A stretch of 64,000 nucleotides of DNA from an uncultured delta proteobacterium (GTDB taxonomy: Bacteria; Desulfobacterota; Binatia; Binatales; Binataceae). Each line of letters starts with the position of its first letter. Position 1 is the first letter of the stretch. The translations under genes and the position numbers were made by a program. Under the pieces are notes generated by a model, which saw nothing but the letters and a program-made list of their open reading frames with translations, did not search any database and had not been told where the DNA came from. The stretch lies in NCBI GenBank assembly GCA_963724765.1, contig CAVRVY010000004.1:1600001-1664000 (forward strand). Direction: 5' to 3'. Positions 29,071 through 38,554 of the stretch are shown one piece after another.

Positions 29071-29135
29071 TGTTCCCCGTCAGCACAAGTTGGACAGTTC
29101 GAGGCGAACTGTCCAACTTGTGCTGACGGGGAACA
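29071..29135. repeat. Perfect 31-bp inverted repeat with a 3-nt loop (TGT...ACA ends)
   Basis: tgttccccgtcagcacaagttggacagttcg-agg-cgaactgtccaacttgtgctgacggggaaca. Confidence 0.97.
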
Positions 29136-29374
29136 GCTTGTTCGATGAGATCACCACCAGAAAGGCGAGCTCTCTTGCTGAGATCGCTGCACGCGAGGGG
29201 CTCGCCGTGCGCTATGTGGGTCGCTTGATCCGCTTGGCTTTCCTGGCGCCGGATATCGTGGAGGCCATTGTGGAGGGTCGGCAGCCGGCCGACCTTACTG
29301 CAGAAACAGTCACCCGGCGCATCGAGCTGCCGCTCGAACGGCACTCGCAGAGGGCCGCTCTGAACATTCAGTAA
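29136..29374 (+). pseudogene. C-terminal remnant of a large serine recombinase-family protein
   Basis: EIAAREGLAVRYVGRLIRLAFLAPDIVEAIVEGRQP is homologous to 61643..61858. Confidence 0.75.
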
Positions 29375-29437
29375 CCCAGGCATCGGCACCGAATTCCTCG
29401 CCCACAGAGAGAAAATCGAAGTTACGCGGCATGTCTC

Positions 29438-30053
29438 TGGCCTGCCCGATCTTTTGTACCAGTCGAAGTGTTAGTCTAGGTCGCTGCATTTGCCAATGAA
29501 GTGGGTTCACGACTTTCCACCGTCGCCGGTGCCGGCGGACGGTGGCCGAGCGCGGAGTGCGGTCGCCGCGTGTTGTAGTGCACCCGCCATCTCTCGGTCA
29601 GTACCTGCGCCTCTCTCAGTGAGTAGAAGATCTCCCCGTCGAGCAGCTCGTCTCTGAGTTCGCTGTTGAATGACTCGCAGTAGCCATTCTCCCAGGGACT
29701 GCCCGGCGATGTACAGCGGCCTGGTGCCCAGTCCACCCAACCATTTGCGCAACGCCCGGGCGATGAACTCGGGGCCGTTGTCCGAGCGAATGTGCGCGGG
29801 CACACCGCGCCAGAGCATCGCATCGGCCAGTGTGTCAATAACGTCGAGCGAGTTGAGCCGGCGCCCGACCCTGATTGCCAGACTCTCGCGGGTGTATTCG
29901 TCGATCAGGGTCAGCATTCTAAGTGCCCGTCCGTCGTGGGTCACCGCACTCACGAAGTCATAGCTCCAGATGTGATTGGGCCGCTCCGGCCGCAGCCGCA
30001 CGCACGAACCGTCGTTGAGCCACAACCTTCCCCGCGGCTTCTGTTTCGCTGGC
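29438..30053 (-). mobile_element. IS3-family remnant (3' part of orfB plus right end), frameshifted and truncated by the next IS
   Basis: Motifs WSYDF, RSDNGPEF, PGSPWENGYCESFN and YNTRRPHSALG. A terminal IR-like TGGCCTGCCC starts at 29438. Confidence 0.85.
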
Positions 30054-31149
30054 TGTGCCTCCCGAAAACCTCATCCTGGATGACGCGCGGGTCAGCGTAT
30101 GGTAATGAAGCGGCCGATGGTCGCGTTTCTGACCCAGCTGCTGCTTGCTATACGGTCGCGGTTCACGGGGCGCGCGCGGCTTGAGGCCGAGAATCTCATC
30201 CTGCGCCAACAGCTGGTAGTTCTACGGCGCAAGTCCCCGACGCGCGTGAGACTGTGGAACATCGATCGCTTGCTGTTGGTATGGCTGTATCGACTGTACC
30301 CCTCGCTCCTGGACGCGATCATCATCGTCCAGCCGGAGACCGTGCTCCGCTGGCACCGACGTGGTTTCCGCGCCTACTGGCGCTGGAAGTCCGGCCGCGT
30401 CGGCGGCCGTCCACGGATTGATTCCGAGATGCGAGCGCTGATCCGGCGCATGAGCCGCGAGAACCCGCTGTGGGGCGCACCGCGGATCCACGGCGAATTG
30501 TTGATGCTTGGAATCGAGGTCGCTGAATCAACCGTCGGCAGGTATATGGTCCGGCGCCGCCGACCACCGTCCCAAGGTTGGAAGACTTTCTTGCGCAATC
30601 ACGTTGGCGGCATCGCTTCGCTGGATCTGTTCGTCGTACCCACGATCTCGTTCAAGCTGCTCTACGGCTTGGTGATCCTGCGTCACGCCCGCAGGCGACT
30701 AGTCGCGATCAGCGTCACTACCAATCCGACTGCCGAGTGGATCGCTGGGCAGGTGACTGACGCTTTCCCCTGGGACGAAACGCCAAGTCACCTGATTCGC
30801 GACCGCGACAGGGCATTCGGTCCAGCCTACACCCAGCGCATTCGGGCAATGGGGATCCGCGATCATCCGACCGCGCCGCATTCACCGTGGCAGAACGGCC
30901 ACGTCGAGCGCCTCATCGGCTCGATTCGGCGCGAAAGCCTCGATCACTTGGTGGTGTTCGACGAAGCGCAGTTGCGTCGCGTTCTGAAGAATTACGCTTC
31001 TTATTACAATCGGGTCCGAACGCATCTCTCATTGGACCAGAATGCGCCGGATTTTCGACGCCCACAGAAGCTCGGCCCCATCGCAGCCATCTCAATTCTG
31101 GGTGGGCTGCACCACCAATATGTAAGGGTTTAGATTTTGACTAAGCACA
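30054..31149 (+). mobile_element. IS with an integrase-core (rve) DDE transposase and TGT...ACA ends (IS481-like)
   Basis: Left end TGTGCCTCCCGAAAACCT; right end (reverse complement) TGTGCTTAGTCAAAATCT. No target-site duplication visible. Confidence 0.8.
30099..31133 (+). CDS. Integrase-core-domain transposase
   Basis: Motifs WGAPRIHGEL, IRDRD, SPWQNGHVERLIGSIRRE and LGGLHHQY. Confidence 0.9.
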   Translation: MVMKRPMVAFLTQLLLAIRSRFTGRARLEAENLILRQQLVVLRRKSPTRVRLWNIDRLLLVWLYRLYPSLLDAIIIVQPETVLRWHRRGFRAYWRWKSGRVGGRPRIDSEMRALIRRMSRENPLWGAPRIHGELLMLGIEVAESTVGRYMVRRRRPPSQGWKTFLRNHVGGIASLDLFVVPTISFKLLYGLVILRHARRRLVAISVTTNPTAEWIAGQVTDAFPWDETPSHLIRDRDRAFGPAYTQRIRAMGIRDHPTAPHSPWQNGHVERLIGSIRRESLDHLVVFDEAQLRRVLKNYASYYNRVRTHLSLDQNAPDFRRPQKLGPIAAISILGGLHHQYVRV

Positions 31150-31566
31150 GCCGTGGGAGCGCTTTGTTATGGTGTCAGCATCGTCCTCGACGTGAAGGCG
31201 CTTCGTGTGCTCGGTGCGGCGCGAGAATCCGCGTACTTTGCGACCGCGCCGTTCGTCGGTGCGCTCCTGTCGATTGTCGTCTTTGGCGAACACCCCAAGC
31301 CGTCGGAACTCGCGGGCACAACGCTCATGATCATCGGAGTGGCGATCTTAGTCCGAGCGAGACATGGTCATCTCCATTCGCACGAGATCATGCTTCATGA
31401 GCATCTGCACGTTCACGACGAACATCATCAGCACCAACACGAAGGAGTGTTTTCCGAACCGCATTCGCATCCGCACGAACATTCCGGCCCGATCCATGAG
31501 CACCAGCACGTTTCGGATATGCACCATCGGCACAGCCATAGAATCTCGGATTCTCGATCAGCATAG
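31150..31566 (+). pseudogene. 5'-truncated DMT/EamA transporter with a His-rich C-terminal tail
   Basis: ALRVLGAARESAYFATAPFVG followed by HxH repeats. Begins exactly at the right end of the IS. Confidence 0.78.
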
Positions 31567-31915
31567 AGAAAGTTCGAGCGATCGGTTAGGGTACGCCGCG
31601 ATGCGGCGATTTCTGGCCGGCGCTAGCTGGCTAAAAGCACAACGTTCTTGCGACCCACATTTTCGCGGTCGAGTATATTCGATCGCACTACGGCACCATC
31701 TGAGAAGAGGACAACTTTACCTGGCTGTTCACCCTCATTGTGTAGTCCCATCTATTCTATCGCCGGCTTCAAACAGTTGTATCCGCCGCATCGGCGTCAG
31801 GGTTCAGCCCCGGTCGTCGGGCCCAAACCTTGCGGACGGCGGACGTTTGGTTTACAAGGCGAGTTGAAATCAGAGAGCAAAATAGAAATCCCGATTTAAT
31901 TGCGAGGTAAAGAAA

Positions 31916-32494
31916 TTGTCCCAACCCCAGCATATCTGTGCTCTTCACTTGCCTGAGCTTCGACGGGAAAATCTCAAACCCGACATCCAAAAATATTTCG
32001 CCAAGTGCGAAGAGAAGCTGGGCTTCGTGCCCAACGTGCTGCGCGCTTACAGCTTCAACTCGGACAAGCTGGCCAATTTCATGACGATGTATAACGAGCT
32101 GATGCTTGGGCCGTCGGGATTGAGCAAGCTCGAGCGTGAAATGATAGCGGTTGTGGCCTCATCCATCAACCATTGTTTCTACTGCCTGACTGCCCATGGC
32201 GCCGCCGTGCGCCAGCTTTCGGGCGATCCCAAACTGGGCGAGCTGATGGTGATGAACTATCGTGCCGCCGAGCTTGCAACGCGACAGCGCGCGATGTTGG
32301 ACTTCGCCGCCAAGCTCACCGAGACTCCAGACAGAATCGTCGAGACCGATCGCCAGGCTCTGCGCGACGCTGGCTTTAGCGATGCCGATATCTGGGACAT
32401 CGCCGCGGTGACCTCATTCTTCAATATGTCCAACAGGATGGCGGTGGCGACGGACATGATGCCCAACCCCGAGTACCACAGCCAGGCTCGCTAG
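31916..32494 (+). CDS. AhpD/CMD-like peroxidase-related protein
   Basis: Motifs LGFVPNV, EREMIAVVASSINHCFYCLTAHG and FFNMSNR. Confidence 0.9.
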   Translation: MSQPQHICALHLPELRRENLKPDIQKYFAKCEEKLGFVPNVLRAYSFNSDKLANFMTMYNELMLGPSGLSKLEREMIAVVASSINHCFYCLTAHGAAVRQLSGDPKLGELMVMNYRAAELATRQRAMLDFAAKLTETPDRIVETDRQALRDAGFSDADIWDIAAVTSFFNMSNRMAVATDMMPNPEYHSQAR

Positions 32495-32538
32495 GGGCGA
32501 CGTTCGCGGTTAACGTAAAGACGCAATCATCGAGGAGA

Positions 32539-32991
32539 TTGAGTAAGCAAATGCGCGAACTGACGCTCGAAGAGATCCGCAAGATGCTACAGGCGGCGAA
32601 TCGCAAGGCGAATGAAGTGGGCAAGCCGAGCACGATCGCGATCGTCGATTTCGGCGGCCATCTGCGCGGCCTGGAGCGGCCCGAGGGCGGGCGAATCGCC
32701 AACGTCGATATTGCAATCAAGAAGGCTTGGACCGCGATCGCGTTCAAGCGGCCCACCGAGAGGGTACGGGCGATCATGATGCCCGACGCTATCGCCTACG
32801 GCCTGCAGCATACCGACTCGCGCATCTGCATCGTGTCGGGCGGCCTGCCGATCGTGGAGAAGGGAGAATTCTTGGGAGCCGTGGGCGCCAGCGGCGGCAC
32901 CATAGAGGAAGATATCGCCTGTTGTGTCGAAGCGCTCAAGGCGTGCGGCTTCGCCACCGAGTTCGCCGACCCGCTCAAGGCAAAGAAATAG
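32539..32991 (+). CDS. GlcG/HbpS-family heme-binding protein
   Basis: Motifs IAIVDFGGHL, AIKKAWTA and GGLPI...GAVGASGG. Confidence 0.9.
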   Translation: MSKQMRELTLEEIRKMLQAANRKANEVGKPSTIAIVDFGGHLRGLERPEGGRIANVDIAIKKAWTAIAFKRPTERVRAIMMPDAIAYGLQHTDSRICIVSGGLPIVEKGEFLGAVGASGGTIEEDIACCVEALKACGFATEFADPLKAKK

Positions 32992-33162
32992 CAGCCTTCG
33001 CAAAAACACGGACGCGCGCGCGACCGTCGCGGCGCGGCGCCTGATGTGTTAGGAACTTGGGTTATGCTTGGTCTTTGTGGTGGTCCAAGCGCTCATCCTG
33101 CGACTGGGCAAGAGCATCACCGCACGAACGGGTCCTAACATCAGCGCAAAGGCTAGTATGCG

Positions 33163-34395
33163 ATGGCGACCGCAACCGTAAAGGGCTCCTTCCTCGCGGC
33201 GGCGCGGCAGTTCAGCGAGAATCTTTACCACTGCTCGCGTTGCAACTACTGCGTCGAGGCGTCGTGGGAGGAAAAGGGGCTGCGCCACGTATGCCCCACC
33301 CTGCTCCATCATAGCCCGGCGCTAAGCTACTCGGGTAAAGGTTATCTCGCGACGGCGCGCACGCTAGCCGACGGCGAAGAACTCTCCGCGGTCACGGTAG
33401 CGGCGCGGCTCTTTGCCTGCACCACCTGTGGCAATTGCGAGGAAGCCTGTCCAATCGGACTGCAGCCGGCGCAACTCGTTAAGGCGCTGCGCGCCGACCT
33501 GGTCGATCACGGCCTTGCCCCCGACAGCGCTCTCGAGCTCGCAAGCAACATCGCCAGCACTGGCAATCCGGATGGCCTGCCCGCCGCTGAGCGTTGCGCA
33601 TGGGCCGGCGAGCTTCAGACTGACTCCGGCTCCGCGCCGGAATTTCTATATTTGCCCGGCTGCGCCGCTTGCTACGGCAAACCGGCCGAAGCGCGCGCCA
33701 CGGTGGCCCTGCTGACCGCCGCCGGGGTGCGCGTCGCGATGCTCGCAGGCGATCGCGATCGATGCTGCGGCGCGCCGCTGTTCGAAACCGGCCAGCTCGC
33801 CGCGGGCCGTCGGCAGGGAATCGAGCTGCTCGAAGCGATCCGCGACTCGGGCTTGTCGGCAGTGCTGACCTCGGGCGCGGAATGTCTCGAGAGCCTCCGT
33901 CACCACTATTCGCAACATCTGCAAGCGGGCGAAGCGGTTGCCGCGATGCATCCGCTGGAGCTGCTCGCCGATCGAGTTAGCACCCAGCGCCTGAAATTAG
34001 TCGCGCGTAAGGATTCGCCACCGCCGTCCGCGGTTGCGATGCTGGATAGCTGCCATCTCAGCAAGAAGGGACACGGCGGCCTGGCTGAGACCGGATACCC
34101 ACGGCTCGCTCGCACGATTCTCTCGGCGCTCGGATGCCGAGTCGTGCCGGATGAGTCGGCCGCGCGCTTTGCGCTTTGTTGCGGCGCAGCGGGCGGCATG
34201 GCGCAGATCCATCCGGACTCGGCGCGGCGGATGGCGCTGGGGAAACTCGAATCGTTGCGCGAGCTGGGAGCCGGCGCGATCGTCTCGGCGAGTCCGCTCT
34301 GCGCGAGTCACCTCGAACAGTCGCGCGACGGTGGCACAACCCCGGTTTACGGCCTGTGCGAGTTCATCATGACTCATTTCGAAGCGCGCGGGTAA
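33163..34395 (+). CDS. Fe-S oxidoreductase with CCG domains (GlcF/HdrD-like)
   Basis: CSRCNYC, CTTCGNCEEACP and two CCG motifs. Confidence 0.85.
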   Translation: MATATVKGSFLAAARQFSENLYHCSRCNYCVEASWEEKGLRHVCPTLLHHSPALSYSGKGYLATARTLADGEELSAVTVAARLFACTTCGNCEEACPIGLQPAQLVKALRADLVDHGLAPDSALELASNIASTGNPDGLPAAERCAWAGELQTDSGSAPEFLYLPGCAACYGKPAEARATVALLTAAGVRVAMLAGDRDRCCGAPLFETGQLAAGRRQGIELLEAIRDSGLSAVLTSGAECLESLRHHYSQHLQAGEAVAAMHPLELLADRVSTQRLKLVARKDSPPPSAVAMLDSCHLSKKGHGGLAETGYPRLARTILSALGCRVVPDESAARFALCCGAAGGMAQIHPDSARRMALGKLESLRELGAGAIVSASPLCASHLEQSRDGGTTPVYGLCEFIMTHFEARG

Positions 34396-34403
34396 ATCGA
34401 ATC

Positions 34404-35798
34404 ATGGAGAAGCGTTCACTCGCCAACGAACTCGCGGGCACTTCCGCGGTGGTGCTCGAAGATCAGATCGATCTGCTCAACTATCGGCGCGACGCCTCGG
34501 TCTGTGCGGCTGGCGATCCGGCCGCCGCGGTCCTGGTCAGCAGTGCGGACGAGATCGTGCGAGTGGTCAAGGCGGCCCGCGAAGCCGATCAGCCAATATA
34601 TATCCGGGGCGCCGGATCGACGTACGCTGGTGGCGCCAACCCGACCCGCGGTGGCGTCGTGATCGACGTTTCGCCGATGAACCGGATTGTCGAGATCGAC
34701 CGCGGCCGCGGCCTAGTGATTGTCGAGCCGGGCGTGACTTACGGCGAACTGCTCGCGGTGCTCGGGCGCGACGGTCTGACGGTCGGTATCGTGCCGCTTA
34801 CGGGAGCGGCGGGAACTATCGGTGGCGCCATAGCCTCGCATGGACTTGGAACCGGGTCGCCGAAATATCAGAGCACGGGTGACGAGGTCGCGGGCCTCGA
34901 GGTCATTTTACCCGACGGCGAACTGCTCAGGACCGGCAGCGCGGCACTGGCCGGCGCGGGCTTCTTTCATCGCTATGCGATCGGCCCCGACCTGACTGGG
35001 CTTTTCCTGGGCGCCAACGGCACGCTGGGTGTCATTACGAAACTGGCGCTGTGGGTCCATCCGCTGCCGCCCCATCAGGAAACCCTGACGCTGGGCTTTT
35101 CCGATTACGCGGCGGGCGCGCGCTTCACCGCTCATGCGCAACTGCACGAAATGTTTCGCAACGTCTGGTACGGCGCCGGTTATGAGGACAAGGCAGTGGC
35201 CGCGCGAGTCAGCACGGCACGTCCCGATCTCGACGGGAACTCGATGCCGGGTTTTTGTCTCGGCCTCGACGTCCGGGGCGATCCACGGGAGGTTGCTGCC
35301 GATCGCCTGCGCCTTATCGACCAGGCCAGCCGTTTCGCGGGCGGCGAATTCGCGCCCTTCGACGAAATCTTCTTCAGCAAGCTCAGGCGCGATTTCAGCT
35401 TCTGGTACGGCTACGCGGGTTATTTCTCGCGCTCGATGTGCGCTCTACTGATGACCTCGATGCCGACTGAGACGTCGCCCCGCTTTTTCGCGCTGGTCGA
35501 TCGCATGCGCGCACTGCATTCCGATTTCGTCTGGGCCGGCGGGACCGTGCTCTGCCGGCGTGGCGTTCATGGCGCGGTGATAATGTTCTACGACGAACAG
35601 CATCAATGGCCCGCCGCGCAGGCCGCCGCATCCGCCACCTGCGCCGAGTTGCTGGCGATCGGCTGCGTTCCTTACAAGGTCGGCAAGATGTGGGCGCCCC
35701 TGATGGATCGATTCGGCAGCTACTACCGGACGCTGCGCACACTCAAACGGAGCCTCGACCCAAAGTCGCTGTTCTGTCCCGATAACCTCGCGCTTTGA
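34404..35798 (+). CDS. FAD-linked oxidase (VAO/PCMH/GlcD fold)
   Basis: Motifs RGAGST, VEPGVT, GTIGG, GANGTLGVIT and C-terminal LKRSLDP. Start at ATG 34404. Confidence 0.85.
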   Translation: MEKRSLANELAGTSAVVLEDQIDLLNYRRDASVCAAGDPAAAVLVSSADEIVRVVKAAREADQPIYIRGAGSTYAGGANPTRGGVVIDVSPMNRIVEIDRGRGLVIVEPGVTYGELLAVLGRDGLTVGIVPLTGAAGTIGGAIASHGLGTGSPKYQSTGDEVAGLEVILPDGELLRTGSAALAGAGFFHRYAIGPDLTGLFLGANGTLGVITKLALWVHPLPPHQETLTLGFSDYAAGARFTAHAQLHEMFRNVWYGAGYEDKAVAARVSTARPDLDGNSMPGFCLGLDVRGDPREVAADRLRLIDQASRFAGGEFAPFDEIFFSKLRRDFSFWYGYAGYFSRSMCALLMTSMPTETSPRFFALVDRMRALHSDFVWAGGTVLCRRGVHGAVIMFYDEQHQWPAAQAAASATCAELLAIGCVPYKVGKMWAPLMDRFGSYYRTLRTLKRSLDPKSLFCPDNLAL

Positions 35799-35836
35799 GC
35801 CGGCGATGCGGAACATAACAGTCAAATAGCAAACGC

Positions 35837-36730
35837 TCAGTCCGTTTCGATAGGCAGCGAATCATCCCTCGCCCACTCGCCCATCGAGCCGTCATACAGT
35901 GTGAGATTCTGATATCCGAGTTGGTACAACATGAACAAATCGACTGTGGCTGAAATCCCTCCTCCGCAGTAACAGATCACTTTCTTCGATTTCTCAACAC
36001 CGGTCGCATCGAACTTTGTGCGCGCGTCGGCCAATGGCACGAACGCTTTGGTCTTGGAATCGAGCAAGGTTGCCGCCGGCACATTCACACTGCCCGGAAC
36101 CCGGCCGGGACGACCGTAACGGCTGGGGCTTTTACCGCAATGCAAATCAGGCGATAACGCGTTGACAATGATCGTGCGTGAATCCCCGAGCGCCGCTCGC
36201 ACCCGCTCTTTACCGACGAACAACTCGGCACGATGGCGTGCAATGAATTTGGCCGCTGGATACGCGCAAGGCTCGGTCGAAACCGGGCGACCTTCCGCCC
36301 GCCATTTCTCCCACCCGCCATCCAGGACCGCCGCGTTGTCGAACCCGAACGCCCGCAGCATCCACCAGACACGCGTCGCCCACATGATATTGCCCGCACT
36401 GTACAGAACGACCCTGGCGCCTTCACCGACGCCGTGCCGCGACATGATTGCCGCGAACTGGTCGGGGGATGGCAGCATGAACCGCAACTTCGTGGTTTTG
36501 TCCGACAGCTCCCCCTGGATGTCGAGAAACCCCGCACCCGGGATATGCCCTGCGTCATAGTCCGCCTTCCCGCTGACGATGCGATAAGGAATATCGGTGC
36601 CGGGTTCGGCAGGCTGCAAATGCGTCGTGCAATCGAAGATGCGCAAGTTGGTATCGCCGCGATGCGCCTCGAGCCAATCGGTCTGCACCAGCGCATTGGG
36701 ATCGCGGTATGCAATAGTTTCCTCTGGCAT
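35837..36730 (-). CDS. Two-domain sulfurtransferase (rhodanese/SseA-like)
   Basis: Motifs GHIPGA, LDGG, active-site YCGGGISAT and LYDGSMGEW. Confidence 0.9.
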   Translation of the reverse strand: MPEETIAYRDPNALVQTDWLEAHRGDTNLRIFDCTTHLQPAEPGTDIPYRIVSGKADYDAGHIPGAGFLDIQGELSDKTTKLRFMLPSPDQFAAIMSRHGVGEGARVVLYSAGNIMWATRVWWMLRAFGFDNAAVLDGGWEKWRAEGRPVSTEPCAYPAAKFIARHRAELFVGKERVRAALGDSRTIIVNALSPDLHCGKSPSRYGRPGRVPGSVNVPAATLLDSKTKAFVPLADARTKFDATGVEKSKKVICYCGGGISATVDLFMLYQLGYQNLTLYDGSMGEWARDDSLPIETD

Positions 36731-36780
36731 GTTGCTACTCCTGATCGACGTTAAGCGTGCTGCTCCGCGAGGCCGCTTGT

Positions 36781-37758
36781 TCAGAACGTATAGCGTTTGC
36801 CGACGGCCAACGGGTCTATCGCGCCATCTCCGAAAGCGTTGGCAAGCGCGTTGACCGCTCGCCAGCCGGTGCAATGGCCGGCGGCGATGGTGCGTGGCTC
36901 CAATTCCGACAGGGCTGCAACCGTCTCAGGGATGATTTCCTCGTTGGCGCCGGAAAGATGGAAACCGCCCATCACCGCGTGGATCTGCGTATCGGGAGCG
37001 CACTCGCGAGCATGCTTCAATACGTTTACCACTCCGGCGTGCGAGCATGCCGTAAACACTATCAGCCCTTTTCCCTCGACTTTTACCATCAAGAACCGCT
37101 CGTCCATCAGCAGCGGGTCGGGCATCCAATTCCCGTCCGCGTTCTTTTGATAATGCGCCGGCAGGCCGCGTTCGAACGGCGTCACCCGCGGAATTTCGCC
37201 ACTGAGATAAAACATGTCGTCGAGAAAGACCTGCAACTCTCCGGTGCAGGTGACCTGCGCGCCGTGCGCCGTCAAAGCCTCGATACCTGGTACGTCCTTC
37301 ATGGGCATCAAATCGCCGTTCGGCAGTCGACGGGCCCGTGAGCGGAACATCCCAGGATGTGCATAGTACGGGATCGACCGGCCTCCATTGTGGCTACGAA
37401 CAAGGTCGAGCGCCTTCAGCATTCCTCCTGCATGATCCCAGTGTCCGTGGGACAGCACGACGCTCTCGACGATGCTCAGATCAACGCCGAGCCGCCCGGC
37501 ATTGCGCTCGAACGCATATTCCTCCGGTCCGCTGTCGAAAAGAACCGTGTGCCGGCGCGCCCCCCGGGTAGCCGTTATAAGGAGGGAAAGCCCGTGACAG
37601 GCGCAGCAAAGCGAGTCACCGGATAGTTCCCGCATCCCGTGCCGCTCCAGGTAGCCAAACTCGGATTCCGCATGGGCGGGAATGGACGAAAGACTATCCG
37701 TCGCATTATCGACCAGAACCTGAATTTCGATCTCGTCAACCAACGCCAGACTTCCCAT
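36781..37758 (-). CDS. MBL-fold metallo-hydrolase
   Basis: Motifs LSHGHWDHAGG, TACSHAG, GGFHL and GHCTG. Confidence 0.88.
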   Translation of the reverse strand: MGSLALVDEIEIQVLVDNATDSLSSIPAHAESEFGYLERHGMRELSGDSLCCACHGLSLLITATRGARRHTVLFDSGPEEYAFERNAGRLGVDLSIVESVVLSHGHWDHAGGMLKALDLVRSHNGGRSIPYYAHPGMFRSRARRLPNGDLMPMKDVPGIEALTAHGAQVTCTGELQVFLDDMFYLSGEIPRVTPFERGLPAHYQKNADGNWMPDPLLMDERFLMVKVEGKGLIVFTACSHAGVVNVLKHARECAPDTQIHAVMGGFHLSGANEEIIPETVAALSELEPRTIAAGHCTGWRAVNALANAFGDGAIDPLAVGKRYTF

Positions 37759-37896
37759 TACTACCTCTTCACATGGAATTTGGCTCGGTTCGATGCTCGC
37801 GTCACAGTAACCTCGCTTTTCGTACGCTCAAGAGCTTTGGGAAGTTGTTCCCCCGAGAGCCAGACCGCCCTCGCCAGTCTTAGCTTCCTTGTCCAA

Positions 37897-38475
37897 TTAA
37901 GCCGCGATCATGTGCCAACAGCCTTGCACTACTTCGTCAAACTGCGCGCTCAACTTCTTCCGCCGCCCCGAGCGAAGCCACGCCACTCCGACCGCGCACA
38001 ATGCGCCGTTTAGCATATCCGCAAGTAGATCGGGGCTTCCGATCCGTATCTCTCCCTGGGCCTGCCCTGCCTTGATGAACGTGGTAAGCACGCGCCGGGC
38101 GCTCACGATCTCCGGGGGAAGGCTCTGCATGAACCGCACTTCGTTCTTGCAGAAATATACAAAAGCCTCGCCATGATCCGTCACGGCCGCGAACTCGTGA
38201 CGAACAATCCGACGTAGCTTGTCCAGACTCCCACCCGGTCCGCTGACGATTTGCTGAAGCTCCCGGCAGTGCCACCCATACCAACTCGCAAAAATTTCGC
38301 GGGCGAGTTCATCCTTGCCCGCAAAGTGACGGTATATGGCCGCTTCTCGTACCCCAGCCGCCTGAGCTATCTCCCGCATGCTGGCCACATCGATTCCTTT
38401 CTCGGCAAAGAGCAAAGTTGCGGCCCGTACGATCACCGGCCGCTTGGTGCCGGGTTTCTTTTCAAGGATGTCCAT
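37897..38475 (-). CDS. TetR/AcrR-family regulator
   Basis: HTH FAEKGIDVASMREIAQAAGVREAAIYRHFAGKDEL. Confidence 0.92.
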   Translation of the reverse strand: MDILEKKPGTKRPVIVRAATLLFAEKGIDVASMREIAQAAGVREAAIYRHFAGKDELAREIFASWYGWHCRELQQIVSGPGGSLDKLRRIVRHEFAAVTDHGEAFVYFCKNEVRFMQSLPPEIVSARRVLTTFIKAGQAQGEIRIGSPDLLADMLNGALCAVGVAWLRSGRRKKLSAQFDEVVQGCWHMIAA

Positions 38476-38554
38476 TGTGAATGAACGGACTAAAGGGTGT
38501 CGCCAGATAGCTCAATCACAACAGTACCTGCGATCGTCGGATTATTCAGGTTTC

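Noticed and set aside
28709-29374. 221-aa ORF as a real gene
   Set aside because: It is a chance read-through across a promoter and the palindrome into the recombinase tail. Only the last ~79 codons have family similarity.
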